Shown: positions 8,840-18,273 of the stretch, in pieces
Numbering within the stretch: position 1 is the first letter of the stretch
Layout: every line of letters starts with the position of its first letter
Origin: an uncultured Chloroflexia bacterium
GTDB taxonomy: Bacteria; Chloroflexota; Limnocylindria; Limnocylindrales; CSP1-4
DNA length: 64,000 nt
Direction: 5' to 3'
Assembly (NCBI GenBank): GCA_963712745.1
Contig: CAVQJC010000006.1
Coordinates: forward strand, 288,001-352,000
Notes under the pieces: model-generated
The model's database searches: none
What the model was told of the DNA's origin: nothing
The model's input: only the letters and a program-made list of their open reading frames with translations
Program-made: the position numbers and the translations under genes

Positions 8840-10197
8840 GCAGCCCGGACCCTTCGCGCACACCCGGGCCTCCACCGGCCGTCGCGGGTCAACCGACCGC
8901 GCCGACTCCCGCGCCGCCTGAACCAGGCATGCCTCCCCCAGCCCCGGGCGCTTCGGCCCCGGGTCAGGCCGCCACAGCGGCCGGGCGGCCACCAGAGGGC
9001 CTCCCGGCGAGTCCACCACCAGGCACGCGACCAGGTCCGGCCACCATCATCAGCCTCCGTTCCGAGCTCGAAGACGACATCAGTCGCATCGAGGGGGAGA
9101 ACAGCGAGATCGACCTGCTCATGGAGCAGGTGCTCGTGGAGATCGAGCGGCACGAGGCTCGCCGGGCCAAGATGGAGACACGCCTGGCCGCGCTCGAGAC
9201 CGCCGCCACGCCCGACCCGGATGAGCTCAGAGAGGTCCGCGACGGACTCCTGGCACTGACCCGGAGAGAGCTGCTGTTCGACGCACAGCGGCAGGTGCTG
9301 GAGGGCAAGCAACGCGTGCTCGCCCGGTTCCTCCAACGGCTCGTCGAAATCGACAACAGCCTCTCGTCCATGGGTGGCGGCCCGTCTCGGCCCGCGCCCG
9401 TGGCCTCGCCCGGCCTGCGCCCGCTGGCAGCGGCAGCTGGCGGTAGTGGTGCGCCAGGGCTCAACCAGCCAGCCATGACCATGCGAAGCCAGGAGGACCT
9501 ACGCCGCGAGATCGTGCGCCAGCTCCACGACGGTCCGGCCCAGTCGCTGGCCAATATCGGCCTGCAGGCAGAGATCGTCGAGCGCCTGATGCAGAGGCAG
9601 GATCCGCGCGCGACCGACGAGATCGAGGTCCTCCGCCAGCTCGTGCAACAGTCGCTCGACACGACCAAGGAGTTCATCTTCGAGATCCGGCCGATGGTGC
9701 TCGACGACCTTGGCCTGGGGCCCACCATCCGGCGCATCGCCGCTGACCGGGCGCGACGTACCGGCATCAACGTGGAGTACGACTCCCACGGCCCCGAGGA
9801 GCGGCTCGACTCGGACATCGAGAGCGCCATCTATCGCAGTGTCGTGGAAGCCATCGCCGGCTACCTCGCGCTGCGCCCGCCGTCGGTGCTGGTGCGCCTG
9901 GACTGGGGCGAGCGCGAGCTGGTGGCCAGCGTCGAGGGCACCTGGCCTCGCTTCAACCCGGAGGGGCAGGCTGAGGCGAGCGAAGCTGCCACGGCCCGCT
10001 CGATGGAGACGCCGCCGGCGCTACTGGCGATGATGGAGGAGAGGCGGTCCGCCGACCTTGAAGCCGACGTCGCCGCGCGCTCACTCGCGCCCGAGAAGGT
10101 CAAGGAGATCGGCGAACGCGCTCGGGCTCTGGGTCTCACCCTGTCGATCCGCGACGATGGCCAGATCATGGAGCTGGTAGCCCCCATCAAGCGCTAG
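8836..10197 (+). CDS. DegS-like soluble HisKA_3 histidine kinase with degenerate HATPase domain
   Basis: Coiled coil, LHDGPAQSLAN H-box and IFEIRPMVLDDLGL as in DegS. N, G1 and G2 boxes are not recognisable. Confidence 0.8.
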   Translation: MSSPDPSRTPGPPPAVAGQPTAPTPAPPEPGMPPPAPGASAPGQAATAAGRPPEGLPASPPPGTRPGPATIISLRSELEDDISRIEGENSEIDLLMEQVLVEIERHEARRAKMETRLAALETAATPDPDELREVRDGLLALTRRELLFDAQRQVLEGKQRVLARFLQRLVEIDNSLSSMGGGPSRPAPVASPGLRPLAAAAGGSGAPGLNQPAMTMRSQEDLRREIVRQLHDGPAQSLANIGLQAEIVERLMQRQDPRATDEIEVLRQLVQQSLDTTKEFIFEIRPMVLDDLGLGPTIRRIAADRARRTGINVEYDSHGPEERLDSDIESAIYRSVVEAIAGYLALRPPSVLVRLDWGERELVASVEGTWPRFNPEGQAEASEAATARSMETPPALLAMMEERRSADLEADVAARSLAPEKVKEIGERARALGLTLSIRDDGQIMELVAPIKR

Positions 10198-10218
10198 ATC
10201 GCCGGGCGAGGGTCCGCT

Positions 10219-11148
10219 TCAGGCGATCGCGCGGAAGTGCTGCCAGAGGGAGAGGTCGAGGTCGGGGACCAGCTTACGCAGGCGCCGGACCTCGGGTGTG
10301 TAGTAGCGGACCAGCAGGTCGATGTGCTCGTCGGACACGGCGACCTTCTCCAGCTTGGCCTTGTTGCGCGGGCGGGCCAGCTCGTCTGGTGGCAGCTCGA
10401 ACGGCGACAGGCCCAGGAATTCGAACGTCCGCGCCAGCTGCCCGGCGGCGTCGGCCGCACAAGACTCGTACTGCAACACCAGCAGCCGCTCGGGCGGGTA
10501 CTGCTCCAGCAGCCACTCGATCTGGGTGGCGTAGAGCCCGCGTTCGATGGCGTCGGTCACGACTCGCACGCGGTCACCGAACACGCGCACGGCGCCGGTC
10601 ACGTCCTCGCCGTCGAGGAGGCCGCCCCGGTCCTGGTGGCTCATGCCCGAGATGTACCTCTCGATGGGGTCTCGTAGCAGGACGATGCCCTTGGCGTCGG
10701 GCGCGGCCAGCTTGACCATCGGCGGCACCCAGGCACAGTTCATGTACTCGGGTGTCTTCTCGCCGACGATCTTGCCCGCCGGACGCGGGAAGTAGCTGTG
10801 ATACTGGAGGATCTGCTCGTCGGTCGGCCACTCGGACCAGAGACGGTCGAAGAAGTGGAGCTCCGGGCGCTGGTTCTCAGGCTGAACCACCCCGGGATGC
10901 TGCTCGATGAGTCGGAACCACCAGGTGGTGCCCGACTTCTGCGCGCCGAAGATGACGAAGTCCGGTGCGCCGGTGGTCCAGCCCTCGGGGCAATCCGGAT
11001 GCGGCGCCAGGGTCTCGAAGACCTTGCGGCGGGCACGTACGCTGGCCGGGTCCATGGCCTTGTCGCCGCGGCGCGGCGCGGGCTTGGCAGCCGCAGGCTG
11101 GTAGAGACCGAGTCTGCGGCGCAGTCGGCGCAGTCGGATCTGGCGCAT
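10219..11148 (-). CDS. PAPS-dependent sulfotransferase
   Basis: 5'-PSB loop GAQKSGTT, ELHFFD, GEKTPEY and 3'-PB LRDPIERYIS. Start uncertain. Confidence 0.85.
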   Translation of the reverse strand: MRQIRLRRLRRRLGLYQPAAAKPAPRRGDKAMDPASVRARRKVFETLAPHPDCPEGWTTGAPDFVIFGAQKSGTTWWFRLIEQHPGVVQPENQRPELHFFDRLWSEWPTDEQILQYHSYFPRPAGKIVGEKTPEYMNCAWVPPMVKLAAPDAKGIVLLRDPIERYISGMSHQDRGGLLDGEDVTGAVRVFGDRVRVVTDAIERGLYATQIEWLLEQYPPERLLVLQYESCAADAAGQLARTFEFLGLSPFELPPDELARPRNKAKLEKVAVSDEHIDLLVRYYTPEVRRLRKLVPDLDLSLWQHFRAIA

Positions 11149-11540
11149 ACGCGAACCTCGGGGATGAAGCGGGAAGGTGACCGGCCGAATCATAGCCGCC
11201 GGGACCCGAGGGTGCCGTTCGCGACGAGGTCCGACAACCGTTCCGCGGCCGGGCCCTGCCTCCGGCTTGCGAACCGCTCGCAGGTACACAGGACTCCTAC
11301 CACGGCTCCTATGCCGTATAGCCCGATAGTCATATCGCCGGAGCGGCCGGGCCTGCCTAGGATTCCGGTGACACTTGTCACACCAGTTGGAGTCCTGCTC
11401 TTGTTGTCAACCCCCGGCGAGCACGTGCTCGGACCGCTTCGAGCGAATGCACACCGTCCGCCCGGTCGAATCGCGGCTCCCGGTCTACCCTTGGGCACCC
11501 ACTTCGGCCGCCTGCCGACCATGGCCACGAGGAACCGAGC

Positions 11541-12770
11541 GTGAGCGAACAGATCCGAGTCGTCATCGTCGATGACATCGCCGAGACCCGAGAACACCTG
11601 ACCAAGCTGCTCTCGTTCGAGTCAGATATCCAGGTCGTGGGTGCGGCTTCGTCTGGCGAGGAAGCGGTCGACATCACCGGAAAGCTCCAGCCCGACATCG
11701 TCCTCATGGACATCAACATGCCGGGTATGGACGGCATCGCCACCACGGAGCGGATCTCGGCCACCTTCCCCGCGACGTCCATCATCATGATGAGCGTCCA
11801 GGGCGAGGCCGACTACCTGCGTCGATCGATGCTGGCCGGTGCCCGCGAGTTCCTGGTGAAGCCCTTCAGCTCCGACGAGCTCACTGCCTCCATCCGGCAG
11901 GTGCACGTGCGTGAGAAGCAGAAGCGCGGGCGCATGGTCGTGCCGGCCCAGGCTGTGCCAGGCGGGGACTCGGACAAGAAGGACGGCAAGATCGTCACTC
12001 TCTTCGCTCCCAAGGGCGGAGTCGGTCGCACCACGCTTGCGGTCAACCTGGCGGTGGCGATGGCCGGTGAGCAGCGCCAGGCAGTAACGTTGGTGGACGG
12101 TTCGTTCCAGTTCGGCGATGTCGGCGTGCTGTTGAACCTGAACCCCAAGAACAAGTCCATCATCGATGTCGTGGCCGACCCGGGCACCACCGACGAGGAC
12201 CTCGTCGACACCACGCTCATCAACCACAGCACAGGCATCAAGGTGCTCCTGGCGCCGCCCAGCCCCGAGATGGCCGAGCTCATCACCGTCGACCAGATCC
12301 GGCGCATGATGGGCCGTCTGCGCCAGACCAACGACTTCACCGTGGTCGATCTGTGGCCACACTTCAACGACGTTTCGCTGGCCCTGCTCGACATGTCGGA
12401 CGTGATCCTCACGATCCTGACCCTCGAGATCACCAACATCAAGAACATCCGCCTGTTCCTCGAGGTGGCCGACCAACTCGGCTACGGCGACCGGCTCAAG
12501 CTCGTACTCAACCGAGCGGACTCGGCCTTCGGCATCCGCGTGGCCGACGTCGAGAACTCGGTCGGCCGCAAGATCGACCACCAGGTCGTTTCCGACGGAC
12601 GGACCGTCGTATACGCGCTCAACCGTGGCGTCCCGTTCGTGTGGAGCAATAGCCAGGCTCCCGTGAGCGAAGACATCCTCAAGATCTCACGTGCCCTGGT
12701 CTCGGAAGAAGGCTCCTCCGAGGGTGACGCAGAGAAGGAGCCGGCACGCAAACTCTTCGGACGGCGGTGA
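11541..12770 (+). CDS. cpaE: CpaE/TadZ-like protein: REC domain + MinD/ParA ATPase
   Basis: IVDD..LMDINMP REC domain and deviant Walker A KGGVGRTT; lies directly upstream of CpaF. Confidence 0.85.
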   Translation: MSEQIRVVIVDDIAETREHLTKLLSFESDIQVVGAASSGEEAVDITGKLQPDIVLMDINMPGMDGIATTERISATFPATSIIMMSVQGEADYLRRSMLAGAREFLVKPFSSDELTASIRQVHVREKQKRGRMVVPAQAVPGGDSDKKDGKIVTLFAPKGGVGRTTLAVNLAVAMAGEQRQAVTLVDGSFQFGDVGVLLNLNPKNKSIIDVVADPGTTDEDLVDTTLINHSTGIKVLLAPPSPEMAELITVDQIRRMMGRLRQTNDFTVVDLWPHFNDVSLALLDMSDVILTILTLEITNIKNIRLFLEVADQLGYGDRLKLVLNRADSAFGIRVADVENSVGRKIDHQVVSDGRTVVYALNRGVPFVWSNSQAPVSEDILKISRALVSEEGSSEGDAEKEPARKLFGRR

Positions 12771-12804
12771 AGTCGTCATGGATCCTCGCTAGGGAGATGT
12801 CGAG

Positions 12805-14232
12805 ATGTCACTGCTGAAGCGAATTGAGAGCGCCAAGCCTGCGGGTGGTGGCGCGCCAGTCGGACCCCTGCCGCCTCCGCCGCCCGGAGGTGCCCAGCCG
12901 CCGCCTGCCATGCCTCCGGGCGCTGTTGCTCCGCCGCCGATGCCGCAGCGCGTCATCAGCCAGGTGCCGGTGCGCGAGTCCTTCCGCGACACCAAGTACC
13001 GCATCCAGCAGCGGGTCATCTCCGACCTGGACCCCAAGCTCGACCTCACCAACCAGGTCGAGGTCCGGCGCCAGATCGAAGAGATCTTCAGCATCGCAGT
13101 CGACGAAGAGGGCCTGGCCCTCACGCGCGCCGAACGCGTGCGCATGCTGGAGCAGATCACCGACGAGATCGTGGGCCTCGGCCCGCTCGAGCCGCTGCTG
13201 CGTGACGAGTCCATCACCGAGATCATGGTCAACGGCCCGCGCCAGGTCTACATCGAGCGCGGCGGCAAACTGGAACTGACCAACATCTCGTTCCAGAACG
13301 ACGACCACGTGATGCGCATCATCGATCGCATCATCAGCCCCATCGGCCGCCGAGTCGACGAGTCAAGCCCGATGGTTGACGCCCGTCTCACCGACGGCTC
13401 CCGCGTCAACGCCATCATCCCGCCCCTCTCGCTGGTCGGCCCCGTCATCACCGTCCGCAAGTTCGCGGCCTCGCCCTTCACCGTCGACGACCTCATCCGC
13501 TTCGGCACGGCCACTCCCGAGATGTTCGACTTCCTCAAGGCCTGCGTCGAGGCGCGCCTCAATGTCTTCGTCTCGGGCGGTACAGGCTCCGGCAAGACCA
13601 CGACCCTCAACGTGCTCTCCTCGTTCATCCCCAACGACGAGCGCATCGTGACCATCGAGGACGCGGCCGAGCTGCAGCTCCGCCAGGAGCACGTCATCAC
13701 GCTCGAATCTCGGCCGCCCAATATCGAGGGCAAGGGCGCCATCCCCATTCGCGAACTCGTGCGCAACTCGCTGCGCATGCGGCCTGACCGCATCGTCGTG
13801 GGTGAGGTCCGGTCGGCCGAGGCCCTCGACATGCTCCAGGCCATGAATACGGGCCACGACGGTTCGATGTCCACCGGCCACTCCAACAGCCCGCGCGACA
13901 TGCTCGCGCGCGTGGAGACGATGGTGCTGATGGCCGGTGTCGACCTGCCGTTGCGGGCCATCCGCGAGCAGATCGCCTCCGCCGTCGACCTCATCGTCCA
14001 CCAGTCCCGCATGAAGGACGGCTCGCGCCGCGTGACCAGCATCACCGAGGTGCAGGGCATGGAGGGCGACGTCATCGTGATGCAGGAAGTCTTCACCTTC
14101 GAGCAGACTGGTGTCGTAGATGGCCAGATCCAGGGTCTGCTGCGGCCCACCGGCATCCGGCCCAAGTTCACCGAGAAGTTCGAGGTCATGGGCATCAACC
14201 TGCCGCCGGCCCTCTTCGGTTACCGGTCCTAG
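12805..14232 (+). CDS. cpaF: CpaF/TadA pilus assembly ATPase
   Basis: GLGPLEPLL, SGGTGSGKTT, IEDAAEL, LRMRPDRIVVGEVR and AMNTGHDGS motifs. Confidence 0.95.
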   Translation: MSLLKRIESAKPAGGGAPVGPLPPPPPGGAQPPPAMPPGAVAPPPMPQRVISQVPVRESFRDTKYRIQQRVISDLDPKLDLTNQVEVRRQIEEIFSIAVDEEGLALTRAERVRMLEQITDEIVGLGPLEPLLRDESITEIMVNGPRQVYIERGGKLELTNISFQNDDHVMRIIDRIISPIGRRVDESSPMVDARLTDGSRVNAIIPPLSLVGPVITVRKFAASPFTVDDLIRFGTATPEMFDFLKACVEARLNVFVSGGTGSGKTTTLNVLSSFIPNDERIVTIEDAAELQLRQEHVITLESRPPNIEGKGAIPIRELVRNSLRMRPDRIVVGEVRSAEALDMLQAMNTGHDGSMSTGHSNSPRDMLARVETMVLMAGVDLPLRAIREQIASAVDLIVHQSRMKDGSRRVTSITEVQGMEGDVIVMQEVFTFEQTGVVDGQIQGLLRPTGIRPKFTEKFEVMGINLPPALFGYRS

Positions 14233-14242
14233 GAGCTAAGCC

Positions 14243-15262
14243 ATGGATCCTGCCGTCCTCGTCGCCATCATGGCCGCCGCCGCGGTCCTGCTGCTGTTCT
14301 TCGGCGTCTTCGGCGGCCGCCGCGTCTCGCCCACCGAACGCATCGAGCAGGTCGCCATCGCGGCGACCGAGGCCCGCAAGCGTGACGAAAGCGCAGCGGA
14401 CAAGAAGTCCCTACGCTCACGGCTCTTCGGTGGCCGAGCAGCGGCAGGCGTCGACCGCGCGGTGTCACAGCGAGACTGGGGCTCGACCATGGCCCGCGAT
14501 CTGGCGCGTGCCGACCTGCAGCTACGCCCCTCGGAGTACCTGGCCATCCGCATCGCGGCGGTGATCGGAGCCCCGGTGGTGTTGTTCCTGCTCGGAAAGA
14601 CGATCATGCCCGGGCTCGACAATCCCATCGCGCTGCTAGTGGCCACGGTCATGGGCTGGTGGGTCCCGCGCTTCTACGTGGGACGCCGCAAGGCCAAGCG
14701 CCTGCAGGCGTTCAACGACCACCTAGCTGACACCATCACGCTGGTCGCCAATGCCCTGCGCGCCGGCGCTTCCTTCCTGCAAGCCATCGAGCTGGTCGTC
14801 CGGGAGACCCAGCCGCCTATCTCCACCGAGTTCAACCGCGTCATCCGCGAGGTGAACCTGGGCCTGCCCTTCGAACAGGCACTGGCCAACATGGTGCGGC
14901 GCGTCCGCTCCGATGACCTCGAGCTGATGACTACGGCCATCTCCATCCAGCACCAGGTCGGCGGCAACCTCGCGGAGATCCTGGACTCCATCGCCTTCAC
15001 CATCCGCGAGCGCATCCGCATCCAGGGCGAGATCCGGACCCTTACCGCACAGCAGAGGCTCTCCGGCTACGTGGTGGCGGGCCTGCCCATCTTCCTGGTC
15101 CTCCTGCTCTCGGTCATCGCACCGACGTTCATGGAGCCGATGTTCCTGGCCCCGCCGGACGTGCTCGGCATCCCGCTGGGCGTGATCATCCTCGCTATCG
15201 GCGGGGTCATGATGCTCATCGGCTTCCTGGCCATCCGCCGCATCGTCGACATCGAGGTCTAG
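14243..15262 (+). CDS. tadB: TadB (T2SS F family) platform protein
   Basis: ALRAGAS..EF.RV..E.NLG and GGNLAEIL motifs; operon position. Confidence 0.9.
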   Translation: MDPAVLVAIMAAAAVLLLFFGVFGGRRVSPTERIEQVAIAATEARKRDESAADKKSLRSRLFGGRAAAGVDRAVSQRDWGSTMARDLARADLQLRPSEYLAIRIAAVIGAPVVLFLLGKTIMPGLDNPIALLVATVMGWWVPRFYVGRRKAKRLQAFNDHLADTITLVANALRAGASFLQAIELVVRETQPPISTEFNRVIREVNLGLPFEQALANMVRRVRSDDLELMTTAISIQHQVGGNLAEILDSIAFTIRERIRIQGEIRTLTAQQRLSGYVVAGLPIFLVLLLSVIAPTFMEPMFLAPPDVLGIPLGVIILAIGGVMMLIGFLAIRRIVDIEV

Positions 15263-15266
15263 CGCA

Positions 15267-16199
15267 ATGGGAATCCCCTTCCTCATGGCGCTGCTGGCTG
15301 CCGGCGGCGTCCTGCTCATCGTCTGGGCCCTGCTCGGGGCTCGCACCTCCGACCCGGTCCAGGCTCGTCTGAGCCAGCTGGGTACCCTCGAAGGTGTCAC
15401 CAGCCTCGAGGAGATCGAGCTCCAGCAGCCGGTCATGGACCGCACCCTGCGTCCGCTCATGCGGCGGCTCGCTGGTATCGGTACCCGGCTGACCTCCCGC
15501 GAGCGCGTGGGTCGCACCGAGGGCCGCCTCGCAGAAGCCGGCTATCCCTACGGGCTGCGTACGATCGACTTCATGGGCCTCAAGGTCGTGGCTGCGCTCG
15601 TCGTCAGCGGCCTGGCCTTCCTGCTCTTCGGCGCGGCGCTGGGGTCGGGCGCGACCACGAGCCTGATCGTGGCCGGCGTGGCCCTGGTCATCGGTTTCTT
15701 CGTGCCCGATTACTGGCTGATCAGCCGCATCAGGGCCCGTCAGAAGGCGATCCTGCTAGCCATCCCCGACGTGCTCGACCTGCTCACCATCTCGGTCAAG
15801 GCCGGTCTCGGCTTCGATGCCGCGCTGGGCAAGGTCATCGAAAAGACGGAGGGACCGCTGACGGACGAGTTCCGTCGCGCTCTTGCGGAGGTCCGCATCG
15901 GCAAGCCCCGGCGCGATGCCCTCAAGGAGTTGGTGGCCCGTACCAACGTGCCGGCACTGACCAACTTCATCGGGGCCATCATCCAGGCCGAGCAGCTCGG
16001 TGTAGCCATCGCCAACGTCCTCGAAGTGCAGGCGGAGCAGCTCCGCATCGAGCGCCGCCAGCGCGCCGAGGAGATGGCCGCCAAGGCGCCCATCAAGATG
16101 CTCTTCCCGCTCGTTGGCTGCATCTTCCCCTCGATGTTCATCGTCATCCTGGGGCCGGCAATGATCCTCATCGTCAAGAACCTGGGCAACGTCAACTAG
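15267..16199 (+). CDS. tadC: TadC (T2SS F family) platform protein
   Basis: PDVLDLL..SVKAGLGFD and AEEMAAKAPIKMLFPLV..IFP motifs. Confidence 0.9.
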   Translation: MGIPFLMALLAAGGVLLIVWALLGARTSDPVQARLSQLGTLEGVTSLEEIELQQPVMDRTLRPLMRRLAGIGTRLTSRERVGRTEGRLAEAGYPYGLRTIDFMGLKVVAALVVSGLAFLLFGAALGSGATTSLIVAGVALVIGFFVPDYWLISRIRARQKAILLAIPDVLDLLTISVKAGLGFDAALGKVIEKTEGPLTDEFRRALAEVRIGKPRRDALKELVARTNVPALTNFIGAIIQAEQLGVAIANVLEVQAEQLRIERRQRAEEMAAKAPIKMLFPLVGCIFPSMFIVILGPAMILIVKNLGNVN

Positions 16200-16235
16200 G
16201 TCGGCGGGCCCTCGCCTGAAGATGGATCGAGAACC

Positions 16236-16658
16236 ATGAGTGGAGACCGATTGCGCCTGCGCCGGGTCGGTGACGACACTGTCGTGTGTCACCGGGTCGT
16301 GCTCGGCAAGTCCTTCGCTCAGCGCTTCATGGGCCTCATGGGGCGTGCGTCGATAGCCGACGGAGAAGGCCTCTATCTGCCCACCTCGAGCATCCACATG
16401 ATGTTCATGCGCTTCCCCATCGACGCGCTCTTCGTCTCGAAGGCCGCGGACGGCGAGCATCGAGCGGTGGTCGGCGTCCGACCCGATCTACCGCCCTGGC
16501 GCGGCATCGTGCTGCCCGTGCGCGGTGCGGAAGGCGTCGTCGAGATGCCCGCGGGCACCCTCGCTCGTGCGGGCGTGAAGGTCGGCGACCAAGTCGTCAT
16601 CGAGCCCACGCCCAGCGTCGGACAAGACACCGATAAGGCCGGGGAGAGCGAGGTCTAA
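16236..16658 (+). CDS. DUF192 family protein
   Basis: RFMGLMGR, IHMMFMRFPIDALF and VVEMPAG motifs. Confidence 0.85.
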   Translation: MSGDRLRLRRVGDDTVVCHRVVLGKSFAQRFMGLMGRASIADGEGLYLPTSSIHMMFMRFPIDALFVSKAADGEHRAVVGVRPDLPPWRGIVLPVRGAEGVVEMPAGTLARAGVKVGDQVVIEPTPSVGQDTDKAGESEV

Positions 16659-16681
16659 GGGTTCGGCGCCAGGCTTGGCGC

Positions 16682-17335
16682 GTGCGTTTCCTGATGGACC
16701 TGTTGCTCCCGCCTACCTGCCCCGGATGTGGGCGCGAGGGCAAGGTGCTCTGTGACGATTGCTGCGCGCCCTTGCGGCGCCGGCTGGCCGAACCGCCAGG
16801 TTCTCCCCTGGGCCTGCCGGCGGTGATGCCGCCCGGTCTGCTGCAGCTGGAGTGGTGCGCCATGTACAGCGGACCCGTGCGCGCCGCCCTCCATGCGCTC
16901 AAGTACCGCGGGGAGCGCCGGCTGGCCCAGCCGCTCGGGGCCGTGCTGGCCGAGCGCTGGAGGCGGGCGGGGCGGGGTGGGGATTTGCTGACGTGGGTGC
17001 CCGTCCACCCGTCCAGGCGCCGCGAGCGAGGCTTCGACCAGGCGGAGGAGCTGGCACGGGTCGTAGCCAGAGAGCTGAGCCTACCTGTGGAGCGCTGCCT
17101 CGAGCGTCGGCTCCGTACCAGCGCCCTCCACGGACTGAGCCGGGACGAACGCGCCGGCAGCACGGCTGGTGCGTTCGTCGCCGTGCCCGCCTCGAGGCCA
17201 TGGCTGCAGGGATGCTGGGTCGTCATCGTCGACGACATCCTGACCACCGGTGCGACGCTCGCAGGCTGCGCCGCGGCCCTGGCTGAGGGCGGTGCAGCGG
17301 CCGTCTCAGCCATGACCGTAGCGCGCGACCGCTGA
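16682..17335 (+). CDS. comF: ComF family protein (Zn finger + PRT domain)
   Basis: LLPPTCPGC..LCDDC, VPVH..RRRERGFDQ and IVDDILTTGATL motifs. Confidence 0.9.
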   Translation: MRFLMDLLLPPTCPGCGREGKVLCDDCCAPLRRRLAEPPGSPLGLPAVMPPGLLQLEWCAMYSGPVRAALHALKYRGERRLAQPLGAVLAERWRRAGRGGDLLTWVPVHPSRRRERGFDQAEELARVVARELSLPVERCLERRLRTSALHGLSRDERAGSTAGAFVAVPASRPWLQGCWVVIVDDILTTGATLAGCAAALAEGGAAAVSAMTVARDR

Positions 17336-17514
17336 CCAGCCGTGCCGACGGCCGACCGGCCGCGGCAGCAGCGGTTAGCCGGCCGTGGCGGCACCGGCTA
17401 GCCGGACGTGGCGGCGGCGTGGATACCTCGTGCGGCCGAGGTGACGACACCGTACGGCCGAGGCGGGCGGCGGCGGCGCGGCCTATCATCGGACCAAAAG
17501 CGGAGGTGTAGCTG

Positions 17515-18099
17515 GTGCGAACCACGATCAGAGGCAAGAACCTGACCGTCTCGGACAAGGACCGTGCCTACATCGAGCGCAAGTTGCAGCGCCTGGAGCG
17601 GATGCTCGATGATCGCAGCGAAGCCGAGGTCGAGCTTCGGATCGAGGGCAACCGCAAGGTCGCCGACAGTCACGTCGTCGACGTCGCGGTCCTGGCCGCG
17701 GGACAGCATCTGCGCGGCATGGCGGCCGCCTCGACGTTCATGGTCGCGGCCGATGAGGTCATCGACAAGATCGAACGTCGAGTGGTGGAGGCCCGCCAGC
17801 GCCCACGCGACCGCCGTCGCGCAGAGCACGCACGATACGCGGAGTCGGCACTGTCCACGGAGCCACTGGACATGGATGCCTCCGAGGATGACGAGGACGC
17901 GCGCATCGTCAAGATCAAGCGCTTTGCTATCGAGCCCATGTTCGAGGAGGACGCGATCACGCGCATGGAGGAACTGGGGCACACGTTCTTCATCTTCGTC
18001 AACGCGGAGAACGAGCGTGTCGCGGTCCTCTACCGACGCAAGGACGGTCGCTACGGTCTCATCGAGCCTGCCATCGGCGGCGGCTACAGCGACGACTAG
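17515..18099 (+). CDS. hpf: Long-form ribosome hibernation promoting factor (HPF/RaiA)
   Basis: IRGKNL..YIERKLQRL N-domain and PMFEEDAITRMEELGHTFFIF..YGLIEP C-domain; GGAGG RBS. Confidence 0.92.
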   Translation: MRTTIRGKNLTVSDKDRAYIERKLQRLERMLDDRSEAEVELRIEGNRKVADSHVVDVAVLAAGQHLRGMAAASTFMVAADEVIDKIERRVVEARQRPRDRRRAEHARYAESALSTEPLDMDASEDDEDARIVKIKRFAIEPMFEEDAITRMEELGHTFFIFVNAENERVAVLYRRKDGRYGLIEPAIGGGYSDD

Positions 18100-18273
18100 T
18101 ACGGAGTGCACCCGATCGCAGCGTGATGGAGGACCGTTCCCCCACTGCCACCCGGTACCAATGGACCATATTCCCCGGGGCGTCCCCGCAACGAAGATGT
18201 AGCGGCCGCCGGACGGTGGCTGCACCGAAGCGGAAAGCCCGGTGTCCGAAATGGAAGACGCTGTCGGGGTGTT

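Noticed and set aside
17336-17514. raiA-motif ncRNA in the comF-hpf gap, its usual location
   Set aside because: I could not recognise the motif's conserved segments; the gap is generic GC-rich sequence with a TATCAT -10 just before the hpf RBS. An Infernal search would settle it.
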